Source of the DNA: Syncephalis fuscata S228
Taxonomy: Eukaryota > Fungi > Zoopagomycota
Assembly (NCBI GenBank): GCA_025786725.1
Contig: JAHLTZ010000011.1
Location: forward strand, 1 to 64,000
Direction: 5' to 3'
Length of the DNA stretch: 64,000 nt
The translations under genes and the position numbers were made by a program. Position 1 is the stretch's first letter. Every line of letters begins with the position of its first letter. Below are positions 11,483 through 25,889 of this stretch, piece after piece. A model generated the notes under the pieces. That model saw nothing but the letters and a program-made list of their open reading frames with translations. It did no database searches and was not told the origin of the DNA.

Positions 11483-11747
11483 GATAGTGTAAATAAAAGG
11501 GATTTGAATAGTTTGATGAGTATTCTACCCGTTTCCACTACTATATACCTGTAATAAAAGTAAAAGTAAAATGTATGAAAGATAATAAAGACGGTCAATG
11601 AAACCAACGGGAAATTGAATAACAGTGTAATTGTATATCTATTTCGATAAGCAGTACTATTATTAGACTTTTACTAACCGTTCATACTAGCTACACTACT
11701 CTTTCTATCTATTACAATTTTGAATCTATTTTGTTCATTGACCAACT

Positions 11748-14700
11748 ATGGAGCCATATGTGCCATTACAAGCAAGTATAGATTGTATATATTACTGTAT
11801 ACTGTCATTAATACAAGTGACTACTCTATGGTTATTACACGATAGGTAGTCCTTTATTAACAGGTGGTCAACTATCGTTGGATGGTGCCCGACCCTGGGT
11901 AGGCCTTCTGTCGCGGTGTTCTTTACAAATAAACGGCTAATTGTTACACTGGTATGCTTATGGTTAGCGTATGAATCTAATGGCATGTAGTCAGCGATTG
12001 AAAAATACATTCTTTGTTGGTAAGTAATAACATGATATCATTAATTAGTTAGAAGAACAATTGATTGATATAATAGACACTATATAGCCATTCACAATGA
12101 AATCCATGTTTATAAACTACCTCAGTTGGCGGCCTATTCTTGTTCAGATACAGTGAAGCCACAACGACAATCAATATTGCGTATGCCCACACAAGAGAAT
12201 ACCACCTCCTTGGATACCGAGGTAATTGGCGTAAATATCTATTCATAAACACTTTAAATAAGATGTGCTATAATATAACAGTTTCGCACTATTAACGCTA
12301 TTCATGTGGGCGAAGTTGGACCAGAAGAGATGTTAGTAGCAGTTGATGAACTTGGTTTTGTAACAGCTTGGTTTACAGCAGCATTAAAACATCCTCCTAT
12401 ACAATTAGAGTAAGTTAGTAAATAATAATAATAACAATATTATTAATAATAATCAGAGTACATGAATCAGCTTGGGGTATTGCTACGAATGGACCTGCGT
12501 ATTTACTTGCTATTAGTGCTAATTCATTTCAGATTGTTGTATGGGATCTTCATGATTGGTTTATTGATCCTGAATCAGATAAATTGTATTGGAATGATGC
12601 AATGAATACACATGCCAGTACAAGTAATACAGCCAATGTATTAATGTCAGATAAATTACCATCTATTTCCACTAATGGACATCGATTCCAACCACGTAAA
12701 ACAACCACTCAATCGGTTGATGCGCCACTGGGTAATGGATTTAAGAAACGGATATTTAAAGGCCATAAACATAATGTACCAAGTATTTCGATGTCTTCGT
12801 GTGGTCGATGGCTTGCTTCATGTAGTATAGATTCTAGTGTACGTGTATGGAGATTGTGTGATGGACAGTGTATTATGCAACGTAACTTTGAATCAGCTTG
12901 GTAAGATGAATATATAAATATTTATATGTTGTATTAATCATAAATGAATATATACATATACACACACATATATATAGGGGATGGTCAGTGCAGTTCATAC
13001 AGCCTAGTCAATTCAAGTATATATCACCATCCATTCTAGACTATCCTATGATACTTTCAAGCTGTCCATCACGTGATGAACTTGTACGTTCCTTGGCTCT
13101 ACGTCACTGGGGAGGATGGACAGGTTCTGAGGGAAGTACCAGATCCCGTATTCAATTAATGGAGGCATTATTAAACCATATTGGATCGAGATCGGATGAA
13201 GATGCAGCTATACCACATGATATATATTCAGCCATAAGTACAAGTAATTATAGTGAAGATATATTGGATGAAAACGAAGATACGGAAAGAGATGAAGCAA
13301 TAGTGTATATCAAGACAATTTAGAATTACCTGAAGATCTATCAGAAGAAGAGGAATATGAAGAGGAGGAGGAAGAAGAAGCTGATCATGATATAGATAGT
13401 AGTACTGAACATAGATTAACATCAACTGGTAGTTTGTATAATGATCATGATAACAATTCTGTAGATGAATTGGTATCAACAGATCCTAGATGGCCAACAG
13501 TAGCATGGCAAATGGAACGACATTTATCAGAAGATGTTCGTGCTGGTTATTGGATACCGGCTAGTATTTATGAGAATGAAGATTTACCTACAAATACTAT
13601 AAATGGAGAAGATAATCTACTAGATAATGCTATTATTTACAATAATATAATAATAATAATAATACTGAAGATGAAGATGAAGATGAAGATGGAGAAATAG
13701 AAATGGATGAAGATGAAGATGGAGAAATGGAAGATATAGAAGAGAGAATGCTAATATATGGCGAAATAATCAGTATTCAGTTGATGGATGGCTTCATCAA
13801 ACAGCTGCTACCAATAATGACACTAATACACAAGAGATTCTACAATGGGAAGAAGATTCGAGTAGACCATCTAGTCCATTACGTCAATACCACGTATTGC
13901 TACTAATACACCTGTCTATGGTGTGCTATCGCCCTTACAAGCCCGCTTTTACCACTGATTAGCCAGAATGCTAATTTGGAACGAGGACTTATTCCATTAC
14001 CGCGTGATATGGATGAAATGTCTGAAGTTGATACTACAGCGGCAACTATTTACTCTGAAGATCGTAATACGCTACTGGGCACTGATGATGGCAATAGCAG
14101 TATAGCAGCTGATGATGAACTGCCAGTTAATAGTGGCAATAGTCATACGGGTATACGTATTAGTGTAGGGATTGGTGGTGGTGGTGCCCGTAGTCATGGA
14201 CCTGTTACGTTTTCATTAAGATCCAATAGTAATACGAACATTAATGACCATAGTACAATGATGACGACGGCTGTACCCGGCACAAGTCATGGATCTTATC
14301 GATCACGGTTAGATTCGTCGGCTGTAAGCAGTCATAGTGCAGAGAATAGTACAAAAGCACAGCGACCACCGACTAGTAATACGACAGAATCATTATCGAA
14401 TGAGTTTGATCGTGGTATATTACTAGTGGCGACTGGATTAGATGCCTATTTATTAGATGTTGAATCGGATCTTGAAGTGCTTGATCATTACCGACGGGTT
14501 GTGGCACGAGCAGATATGCGTAATAGTCGATTATTGAATCCATATGACCGATTAAATATGACAAAAGTAAGTAAATGACCGGCTTAATGATTTATAAATA
14601 TATATATATATAAATGCAATACTAATACTAGTGTGTATCTAGTGGATTCCAGAGTTGAATTTGGCTATTGTGGCAAGTCAAAAGGGCCGTATTGCTTTAA

Positions 14701-15115
14701 TGCGTCTTGTACGGTAAGTAATAGCGATAGTATGATAAAAACAATACGCTTATTTAGTATAGTTTGTGTAATTTTGCCAATGAGGATCGATATGTATTAC
14801 ATGCAGAGTGTTATTTACCAGCATTTACGGATTTGCCACCTGTACCATTACTTGGTAGGTTATAAAGTTTATTAACATCATTATTGACTAAATATTGCTA
14901 TTATTGTTATTTAAGGCTTTTTTGTTATGCGATATCCTCAACTGCCGAATGATCCATTAACAACATTATTAAATCGCGCCGATGCATCAATTGGCGATTC
15001 GTCATTTAGTTACTACATCTATATACTTTATTATGATGGTACACTGATGGCCTATGAATTGTGTCGTGATACTGCTACAGCCAATCCTGTTAGTATGCCG
15101 AATTACCTGCTATAG
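11748..15115 (+). CDS. CRT10-like WD40 protein (multi-exon, with an acidic low-complexity insert)
   Basis: Spliced motifs WRMNLMACSQRLKNTFFV, HVGEVGPEEMLVAVDE.G, HESAWGIA..LAISANS, FKGHKHNVPSISMS..LASCSIDSSVRVW and DRLNM..WIPELNLAIVASQKGR resemble Crt10-family proteins. Exact exon boundaries in the middle are uncertain. Confidence 0.72.
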
Positions 15116-15204
15116 TTGCGTTATAGTTTTATTGTAATCAGTAATCAGTAGACGTATAATAAATATTTATATATGTATTATCAATAGCAAGTTTTATTGG
15201 TTAT

Positions 15205-16486
15205 TTAATGAGCTGTCGAAACAAATGGATACAACCTCAAGTAGTCCTCAGGAATAAGGCGTTTTTCTCTATCAATTAACATTAGCAGTCTGATGTGTTT
15301 AACCAATGGGTTTGACATTGCAACGGCATTAAGACCTGTGTTATAGAAAGTTAAAGCAAGTATATTTGTGTTAAGCATTCTTTGCATTTGCTGTTGAAGT
15401 TCCTTTTCAGCTCGGCTAGCTTGTTCTAACTTTGATGGTATTTTTGGATTTCTGTAGTCGAAAGGTATTTTACTCATAGCTACATGATAAAGAGTAGCAC
15501 CAAGACCCCAAGTGTCGACTTTACGAATATCTATGGGCGTTTTAATCTGGAATGCTTCTGGTGGCATGTAATTCATGGCACCATCTTCCATGGTCAGCTT
15601 TTCGACTTTGCCGTCCTTAACGGTGAGTAGACGCGATGCATCAAAATCAATGATTGTTGCCTTTGGCTTCCCAGCTTTATCTTGGCCAATGATAATATCT
15701 AATAATAAATGTAATATGTTAGTATAAAAATAAAAGTTGGCATAGATGAACTAGCACGTACTTCGTGGTGTAATGTCTGAGTGGGCAATATGGCTGCGGT
15801 GTAAATAAGCAAGGCCTATTAATAGTATCATGATGAGTGTTAGTTGATCTGTGTAGTTATAAATTTATTACCTCTAGCTACTTGGTCAAATAAAGCTGGA
15901 AGAATCTTTGACTTTTCCTCTGCTGTTAATTGAGTACTGTAATCCAGTATATTCTTTGAACCAGCATTGGCAGTGGCAAAACAATATCCGCCATCTACCT
16001 TAAAGCCTTTCTCTAATTTTGCAATGTAGTCTTGACCATCTGGATTACGTCCTGCTGCACCCATGGCCTTGTCTAAAGCCTAAGCATTATTCATATACAA
16101 AGTGGTAAGTTTAGTAAAATAGTTAGCGTTTATTAATTACCTCAAATACTGCTTGTTCACGCTTGACATGTATAATGTTATTTAAGCATTTTAAAATAAC
16201 AGGACGCTCTTCATAAACTGCTTCGCCATAGACTGGACCATTAGAGGCGTCTATGAATCTAGTGACTTTAAAATTGGGTTGTCCCAATGTATCGCCTACT
16301 TTAAGTTCCATGAATGGCTTTACAATGCCTTGTCCTGCATATTTAATAAATATTGGATTATTATAACTTGTTTATGATTCACTTACCGCCTTCAGGAATA
16401 AATCCAATTGAATTGACCAGGGAAGAGTGAAGACATAACGTTGCTAATAATAGGCTGGTTCTAGCGGCTTTGCTTAAAATAGCCAT
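15205..16486 (-). CDS. Secreted protein kinase-like protein (signal peptide plus kinase domain, multi-exon)
   Basis: N-terminus MAILSKAARTSLLLATLCLHSSLVNS; kinase motifs PVILKC, GLAYLHRSHIAHSDITPRNIII, TIIDFDAS, YMPPEAF, KVDTWGLGATLY and EKRL. Confidence 0.85.
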
Positions 16487-17666
16487 TGTTACTGTGTTTT
16501 ATTGATGATAAATCGTAAAAGAATAAGCGACTTGCACTTATGATAGCTTGGAGTTTCGTCAGATAGTGACTTTAGTGATGGAAAAGAAGAGGAGAGAGAG
16601 GATATAACGCTCTGTTCTAGTTGGCAATAGTTAGCTTTAGTTTTATAGGTGTGTTGTATACAAAAAATTACAAATTTCAACATGCTCATTTACAATTTAG
16701 TACATTTGATACATACATTCCAAAATATGCTTTGTTTTCCAAAATAGTATACTGACTACGAATTTCAATGATTTTATCTATATTAATATATATTTATTGG
16801 CAAGATGTAAATATTAGGAAACAATAAATAGAAAGATATGGAGTTTGTTTGTAGTTTGAAACAGTTGTCAATAGTATTGTGATGCCTTGTAATATTAGCG
16901 TGGAAATATGGTAACAGCAATAAACCTATATGTAAACGTGTAAAGAGGGAATTAGAACAAATTAACTATTTTTATTGCTAATACAATCAATCAGCCATAT
17001 GGCTATTTTCTACTTAAGCGAAAAATAGCGCATGGAATATGGCGTAAAGGTAGATAAACTACGACTCTAAACATGGAAAGAGCCAGATAATTACAACTAC
17101 TAAATAGGGTAGTAACAAAATGTGTTCAAGCAAGCCATAGATGCAATTACATGAAAATATAAATGCCATCAGACACTATATGGAGTTTTTTTGCAAATAT
17201 ATTAAGAATGTCATTAATTAAATACAAATATTTAGTACGTATTTAATTTAGTATTAATAAACAAGTGCACAATTTACTGTAAAGCCATAGGGTATTTGAC
17301 AAGCAGTTATATTCTTCCCTTTTCTGCCATCCTCAATAAAGCGGATATTGTAATTATGTTCCCCCCTTACATTAAATTTAGTAAAGCTGTGTCATGTGAT
17401 GTTTCTGATATACTTGGACATGTGTCGTTTTGGTTATCTATAGTGTCATAGTTTCTATCATGGAACTACGGAGGTTCTGCAGTTATTGAATTGATAGAAA
17501 TAAAAGCGGTATTTGTATTAAACATTATTTGTAAAGTGATATTCAAAACTTTGACAAGTGCATTTTTAAAAGCAGATATTTCTTTTATCTTTAAAATAAA
17601 GCAGAATAGCCAACCATTTATTCAAATAAATGCTAAAAAGTACGCGTCTCATCTGGACTCTCTATT

Positions 17667-17792
17667 CTACGGAGACACCTCAGGATCGATGATACTTGGC
17701 ATTTTGGCTAGATTATCTACACTCATTGGCCGGGCAACAGCTATTGGCACGGCTGTAAGAACAAAAATGCATACGATAGTTTGCCATAACAT
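17667..17792 (-). pseudogene. Possible small secreted protein or 5' end of a decayed secreted gene
   Basis: MLWQTIVCIFVLTAVPIAVA-RP.. looks like a signal peptide, but a stop follows after 41 codons. Confidence 0.3.
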
Positions 17793-18525
17793 GATGAGTA
17801 ATAAATGGTGCCTTATAGACAAAGATAATGTGCTGATAGTCTGAATGATATGCTGAATGCCAATTGTTTGATGCAAAGTACAAAATGAAAATGATTTTGA
17901 AATGAAATGGTTGCAACACAGTAGTAATGAGAACAAACAGGCGATTACTGATCGTTAAGTAGATTTAAATAAAGCAGAAAGAGTAAAAAGCGATAAAGGC
18001 CTTTGAAGCAGCCAATGGCTCAAATGGTCACAAGTGATTGGCATTTGGTAGCATGACACGATACGTCATCTATAAACTGTTTATTATTTGTTTATACAAG
18101 TGTTTACATAAATGAGAACTATTGTACGGTCATAAAACAATAGTCATTTGAAAGTGTCTGTGTTAATTTATTACATATAAATAGTAGCGATTGTTTAATA
18201 GACGTGACATTATGTAATACTATCACTGTCAGGAAAGCTACATATGCAAATTTCCCACCATTCCTTTGTATCTTCCAAATTCTTATTAATCCTTTGTAGA
18301 AATGCCTTTGAACCAACATTTATTAGATGGGCCATGCTATGAAAGCCTTTGGCTTTTAATTTCTATGTTATTTATAGATTTAAGACATGTTCATTCACAT
18401 CATTTATGATATTATAATTGTCTATTTCATCAATAAAAATAATTTATTCTCAATTTAAAGAATACTAGAAATTAAATAGATACGGAAAGTTAATACTTAA
18501 ACTAAAACGATACTTTACATTGTTA

Positions 18526-20138
18526 TCATCTTGCAGACTCAATACCAAATCCATAGGATAACAATAATACACGTAGCCTATGAGCATCTACCACAACAGA
18601 ACGCTGTTTAGCCGGCGTGCCATTAGACAGCTCCATAGCACTGGCACAAGAAGGATGAACACAGCCTACAACCTCATGATAAAGAGTAATTTCCGAATAC
18701 ATAGCACGAACAATTTGACTAAACCAATCGCTCTTCCAGCCATATTGCCATACTTCAATAATCAATGAATTGGGTGGCATCCATAGAAGATTGCCCAAAG
18801 CGTTGCCATGAACTGCAATCACTACACGCGTACGAGAAAATAAAGCAATCTGTTCGGCAATACTGTAATCTTCTAGCTCTACTATGTGAAATTAATATTC
18901 AGTGATTGTAATGTTGCAATAACGTGCTCCATATTCAAGATTCGCCGATTGCTTCTCCGTTGGATCACCACAACTTCCGGAATATCACGTGGTCGCATTT
19001 GTACAGCACTTAAATCGGGTGGATAATTGTAGTTTAGGCGAATAGTAGACGGTCTGTAGTGATTGAATATAATATGGCGTAACGCACTAAACGATTGCAT
19101 TTCTTTGGCCGGTTCATTAACACAGCCACCGACTGCACACGTGCTATTCAAACCGATAGCCACTTTATCATAACATACGGTAAGACCACGGGGAAGCGAT
19201 TCTAGATTGCCACGATAAATATGCTTAAACTTGAATGCGTTTAATGCTTCATGGGTAGCTGCTTCCGTATTGCCGTAATTTAATAAAAAAGCATGTCGAT
19301 GCTCGTTCATCCATTGCGCGGTCGTTGTATAGCTAGACCGGTCTATTTCGCTACTTGGTGCAAAATACCGCGCTTGAGCTTCAATAAGCGGAAGTACATT
19401 GTGTACAAAAAAGTGGGAATAATGTTCTGGCGAATACATAGCGCCTACAAACAATGTTGTATTCTTTAGAAAGATAACCGACGTTGGCCATCCTGCTTCT
19501 TTATCTTGTTGCATTTGACGCATAAATGTTTCCTCGTAGACATGTCGGGTCGGAAAGAAATAGTCGCTCTGTCGATCGGCCGACTTTATGTTCACTTGTG
19601 GCACTGTAGCTTGTGAGAAGATCAATGAACTTGGAATATATTGAAATAGACCAAAGTCACGATTAAGACACAATGAATTTGCCTTAACAGTTGCATCCCT
19701 CGAACCGTAAATGCCATGAAGTTTATATTGCGTTGGAGGTAGTGCTTCGATGCCATTTAAATGACTCACTGATGATGATCCTGTAAAATCAACTGCCGAA
19801 TGATCAATATTTAAATTATTAAGCTTTAACGACTTCAAGTTAAGCCGATTTGTTGCTGTGCTGGCCGAATCAGGCTCAGGATACTGCGAAGCCGGTGAAT
19901 ACACTTCGCCGCCTTTAATGGTTACTTTCGGTATAAAAGACTCTTTTGGATGGTTTGTCCATATCGCTTTCTCATTTGGCGCGGCTTTTGATACTTTTGA
20001 AGTGTTTATAAGCAATAGAGCTGAACATAATAATGATAACAGAAAAATTGTTATTGCGTAAGATACAACAAAAAAATGCGGGGATAGTCGAGATACAAAA
20101 TACCCAGTCCGACTAGATTCACTCTGACAAACTGACAT
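18526..20138 (-). CDS. Glycosyltransferase family 61 (DUF563-type), type II membrane protein; one frameshift near 18882
   Basis: N-terminal TM helix, HYSHFFVHNVLPL, VVIQRRSNRRILN, and ELEDYSIAEQIALFSRTRVVIAVHGNALGNLLWMPPNSLIIEV. No introns seen. Confidence 0.85.
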
Positions 20139-20443
20139 GCCTAAACGCAGTTAGTATAAGTACCAATGAGTAGTAAAGTAGCGAACGAAGAAGGAGAAAA
20201 AAGGGGAAAGTTATAGATACACTCTTTAATTACTCGATAAATAATAAGCGGCATTGGCTACCTTTTTTAGTAGCACAATATGGCCTATTTCATGTATCCA
20301 TTGCCATTTATAATTTTATTTTATTTAGGCTTCTGGCGGAATCGTCGTCACTATTACCGCTAATCCATTTATTTCCTATTCAACCGGCGACAACTGAATA
20401 GCTGTGTTATAAAGACTATTTTTAATCATTCCCATGTAACACG

Positions 20444-22358
20444 CTATCCTGGATAATCAGGTGATGTGTCTAACGCAATAAAGAGCGGCGACTAGTCTTG
20501 TGGTTCTTCTAGCATTGTATGGCGTACAGTTCCGTCGTATTTGTTTTTTTGAATGAAATCTTGCAATACCAACGGACGAACGTCATCATACTATATTTAT
20601 GGTTAGAAAACGAGTACAACTAGCTAGACTACGCTTACCTTCATATGTTGTAGATCGGCCAATCCATGATCTAACTTTCCTGCTTCTGTTCGTACTCGTT
20701 CACGAACTGGAATCATTGCAGCATTACGGCAAAGTTCTTTCAGATCGCTTCCTATAGTCAATGGTAGTTAAATTGATGTATTGTGCAACTTTCTACCGTT
20801 CGAATTACCTGTAAAACCTTCAGTAGCCTTAGCCAGCAGACTAACCATTTCTGGTGACGATAGCTTAATATCCTTTAACATCTATAAAAATTGGTAAATA
20901 TAAACGTGTGTTATTAATAAATACGGGTATAATCACAATGTTTAGAATGCTAGTTCGTTGGCTTTCATCAGGAGGGCTGATAGAGAATCGCTTGGGCATA
21001 CGTCGCAGAATAGCAGTATCTATGGTTTGTTTCAAGTTAGAAGTAACAATAGCATTTCTTTTATCATACCAATGTCGTCAGGTCGGTTTGTGGCTCCCAG
21101 TACCTATTTTATTTATAGTCAGCATACTATAATAGCCGATATACAGCTGGTTTTCTTACAAGTATCCGACTTCCCTCGCTTGACACTAGACCATCCCAGA
21201 GACTAGTGGACATTGACCATTAGCAGGCTGCACTTAGTGAAGCAAGAAAAACATAAAACATACCTCATAAACTCGGCCTTCATTGTGGCGGTTGTTTCGT
21301 GATCGGTACTACGACGTGAACGTAGAAATGAGTCAATTTCGTCGATAAAGATAATAGACGGCTCTAGTTTCCGTGCCAATGAAAATAGTGCAGAAACTAA
21401 TTTGTTTGATTCGCCAAACTGTATGTATAATCATCGTGTAAATAAATACTAATAAATTGGTAACTGTGTTATATACTTGCCCATTTGTCGGTTAATGTCG
21501 ATATGTGCATATGTACTATTCGATAAAAGTTAAGGATAATAATATAGATTACTTAGGTTATTTGTATTTAGTAACAACAAAGGATATTGATAAATGTGGC
21601 GCCAGATTCTTTGGCCAATGCTTTGGCAATCATTGTTTTGCCACAACCTATTCAGTTTATTAAAATTTATTTCCATAGTATGTAAATAGTAAATTTAACT
21701 TTGGTCTACTCACCTGGTTCGCCGTATAGTAATACTCCTTTGGGGGCACCCAGCAGTCCAGAGGCTGAGGTGAACAATTGTGGATATGCAAGCGGATAAA
21801 TAACACTTTCATTGAGCTCTTGAATGATTGGATCCAATCCTAAACAATCAAATTAAAACAATGTTATAAATCATCGCTTATTATATGTTACATACCACCA
21901 ATATCTTAAAAATACGTAAGAAAACATTGTAGATAAGTTAGCAAATACAGACACTAGACTATCAACTTTGTAGATACCTTTGAAATGAATGTTAATATCA
22001 TCTGGGTGTACAACTTCACTCATAATAATCTCTTCGTAGGATGTAAGGCTGATATTGCTAAACTGCAATGTCGTCATAATAATAATAATATTATTATTAT
22101 TGCCATTTTATACTATTTTACACTTACGCCCAGGCGGCCGGCAACTTTCTTGCCTTTAGCCGACGCATCTTTTCGTTTAGGATCGCGAATGTCCTTTAGA
22201 AAATATTTGAATCCATAATAGAAGGTTACTTGTGCAACTACAAGCATAGCAACTATAGATATATAGATATGTAGATACTGTTAAGTAAAAGACAAGCTGC
22301 TGCGCTTAGACTGCTTACTATCTAACAGATACGATTGGGCGGTTGGTGTTAGTTTCAT
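20444..22358 (-). CDS. MSP1: Mitochondrial/peroxisomal AAA ATPase Msp1/ATAD1 (many introns)
   Basis: [101 protein letters not shown] and [10 protein letters not shown]. Confidence 0.92.
21513..21587 (-). other. U12-type (minor spliceosome) AT-AC intron in MSP1
   Basis: 5' end ATATCCTTT, branch site TCCTTAAC (plus 21529-21536), 3' end TAC. Removal restores [15 protein letters not shown]. Confidence 0.9.
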
Positions 22359-23049
22359 GGCGTCCTAATAGTTTGAAAAATCAGAATAAGCAGACAAATG
22401 TATTTGTAGAAAATACAGCGATAGTGACGATTATAAAAAAGCGGCGATTGGTATAGTTAGTAGTATAATTCAAAAAAGAATAAAGCGAAGGAGAAAGAAG
22501 AGAGTGAGATAGTAGTGTGAATGACGCTCATATTCTTGTAATCAGATGTTAATCCCTTGTTATTAATGTTTATAATTATTAACTATCTATTTAATAAATC
22601 ACATAATAATTAAACAATAAAATAGTGTATTATCCATGTTGAATTTCTAGTTGTATATATGAGCGTTATAGTAAGAAAGCAATGTGTAATAATAGTTATT
22701 CAATGTATTGGCTCATTACTGTTTTACTATTAGTTATCACCGCCATCGATTGTTGATTCAAAGCTAGCTACTAAACAAGAAAAAAAGCAAAATAGCAATA
22801 ATAAAAAAAAAAAAGCTACAATATGACAAAAAGAATGAAATAAAATAAGCAATAATTAATACGCAAAAAAACAGTTTTTATTAGCACCAGTTGAAATAGC
22901 AACAATGATGCAACGAATATAGAAAATTTACAAAGCTTATTTCAAAGAGAAAACAGTTACATAGTTATATGAGAAGCTATTTTAGTTCTCGTTACAGGAA
23001 GAAAAAAGAAACTCTATGTAACCTAATGAAAGAAGTACTCATTACAAAA

Positions 23050-25204
23050 TTAGGCACGGTAAGGTCGTACCAGGTATTTGCCGCCTCGAGGACGTAGAAC
23101 AAAATGGTCAACGGGCTTTGTGTCGTTTTCTGGCGATGCAACGAATGTAAAGTGTCGCATTAGCTCAAAGATTGCCATGCGCATTTCCATCCAGGCCAAG
23201 CTGTAAAAAGCAAAACACATGTTATTAGCCACTGTGTTGATGCTGGGTCATTTGATGCATATAATACTTACTTGCGGCCTATGCATGCCCGGGGACCCAT
23301 CGAGAAAGGAACGAAGTGCTGCTTCATGATAGCTAGCTGATCAGGTGATGTTAGCCAGCGCTCTGGTTTAAAGACGTCTGGGTCGGGGAACACATGTTCG
23401 TTGAGATGCAGCGCATTAAAAGAAGAGAAGACGGTAGTCTATTGGACAGTGAAAAGCGTCAGTATGATGATTTGTTAGGCAATGGGCACACAATAGTATA
23501 CGTACACCAGCTGGGAGGAAGTAGCCACCCATTGTGATGCCACCTTCTGGCACCACACGCGGCATGCCGTGCGGAGCGATAGGCCGGATACGCATCGACT
23601 CATTGAGCACGGCATCAAGATAGGGCAGCGATTGAACATCTTCGTAGGTGATTTTGGTGTCGGGGTCAGGATAAAGTGCCTTGATCTCCTCGACAAGTCG
23701 ACGAGCACATTCTGGATGTTCAATCAGCAAGAGAAGCGTCCTAGATAATTTAAATTATTAGCAAAGTAGTTAGTGTAATTCATGTCTACCTACCATGTAA
23801 GAGTGGAGGCTGTTGTATCTGTGCCGGCGACCCTGTATAGCGGCGTGGGTGTTAGACACTCGTTTAAAACGAAATAGCCAGCAACTTACATTAGCATAAT
23901 TGACTGGGCAACCAGGTCTTGGTCAGACATAGTAGCGCCGGTCTCCTCATCGACAGCGTCGATTAGTTTTTGTAGAGAATCTTTGCGACGATGGCCACCA
24001 TATTTTCTTCTTTTCTCGATGGCTTGCTTTGAAAACTATTAATAAAATAGATGTATTAATAATGAAGCCAGGTATGTTATCGAGTGCTACTTACAATAGA
24101 CAAGTCCTCGACACACTGAGTACTTTCGGGAAAGTAGCTTGGACGGAATAGTGGACCAAGAAGCATTTTCTATGTAGTGTTGTTGTTAGCAAATGGGCAA
24201 ATGCCTTTGCTGTCCATTAACTTACCAAGGCACTATAGGTGGTGGCACCATTGATCCATTTCATAATGGGATGCAATGTCTTCTTCTCTTCAAACAGCTC
24301 AAGTGACTTGCCGAACGAGACCTCGCCAATGATTTCCTTTATGGGGCGTGATAACAGGTTAGTTAGTTAAGTTTGTTTGCCTAGCTATGCATGACTTACA
24401 AAGGCAAGACGTTGGAACATGTCCATCATATCAACGGTGTCGCCGGCATCAGCATGACGTCGAAGTCGTGCCACGAGACGTGAGATGCCAACGTCATAAA
24501 TCAGCGACTCAAGCTCAGAAAGCGAGTTGGTCGTGTAGGCCGGTAGCATCAAGCGTTTCTACAAACTACAGTTAGTGCTTGATAGAGAAATAGAGAGAGG
24601 AGAGAGGAGAGTCGTTGGCTACACACCTGAAGTCGATGCTGTTCAGCATCACTGTAGTAAAGAGTATGGTTAGTTTTACCATATCTTGCTGTTTATGACT
24701 CTACTTACTTTGTAGTAAACAGGCTATTGCCCTCGGTGCGGAATGCCTCATAATGGAAGCTCTTCTTAAATTGGTATGAGCCCAAGATCTTACGAATCAT
24801 GGTCACGCCCGATACCCAGACTTCATTGGGTCCTAATGGGGATCATTGTTTATTTACATTTAATTAAAAATAAAAAGTCACTCGACACACTATACCTACC
24901 TATACGCACAATGGGTCCATAGCGCTTATGAAGATCAAGAGCAATGGCCGGATCTTCAGTGTATAACTGTTGGAAATTAGTCCACAGAACATTGAACGCA
25001 GAAAAGCGTGGACCAGGAACTTTAGAGAGTGGATTTTTGTACTCTTGTTCATAGAGCTGTAGCCACATATCACTGTCAATACAGTGCAAATCACCAACTT
25101 AAACTAGGACAACTTACCATACGAAGTATGTAGCCAGCGGCCAATACTGCCGCAACACCAAGCCAAGGAACAGCAGAGATCAACAAAAATAGTGTTGCTA
25201 GCAT
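23050..25204 (-). CDS. Cytochrome P450 monooxygenase (multi-exon)
   Basis: N-terminal anchor, PLSKVPGP, YGPIVRIGPNE, I-helix AGTDTTASTL, K-helix ESMR, FKPERW, and heme motif FVPFSMGPRACIG. Confidence 0.93.
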
Positions 25205-25889
25205 TGTAGCACAAAGGCACGAAAGAGCGATGGAAACTTACTTAGCGGAGTTACGAAAGAAGGCGAGAGCGTGCTAATTTATTTACTTTTAGTCTGAGCT
25301 TGGTCGAGTCGTACAATGCATGTAGAGCTGATACGAATTTTTGCCAATTTCTCGCATGCATTATTGTTCAGTTCATGAACCAATCAGTCTAGTTCAAATA
25401 TGACGATGTGTTATTAAATCGTCACACAGCAGTCGCTGTCACAACTGTGAAACAGTACTCCGGCCTAGTGGGCATGGCATGGGACTGGGTAGCCAGCTTG
25501 TGTTCACAAGCTAAAGACAAAATGCAAAAAATCTCGCATAAGGCTTTAAACTTTGTAGCGTTACTAGAGCACAAGACAATTGAATAAATACTGTTCTTTG
25601 TTTTTACTGTGATTGTTTATTGTTATTAGATTATAAACGCTGTCTGTTTAGTTCACAATTGACGGAGTGTAATTATTTTCAACTTTAAACAAGTACCGGA
25701 ATTGAATCTCCGCAGATTTTTTGCAGCTTAACCAGAGGCCTGCAATAATTTTTTTGCAAAAATGGTAGCATGGTAGCAGCATTTTACATCCTTGCTGCTA
25801 CTTTGCTACCGCATGATATTGCCATTACCGTCTTTACTATCTCTGTAACTACAGCTGTACACATCAATAACAGTACTTTCTAGCCTGCC

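Noticed and set aside
13320-13900. Separate small ORFs and GAA/GAT repeats
   Set aside because: This is an acidic low-complexity part of the CRT10-like gene, broken by probable indel errors.
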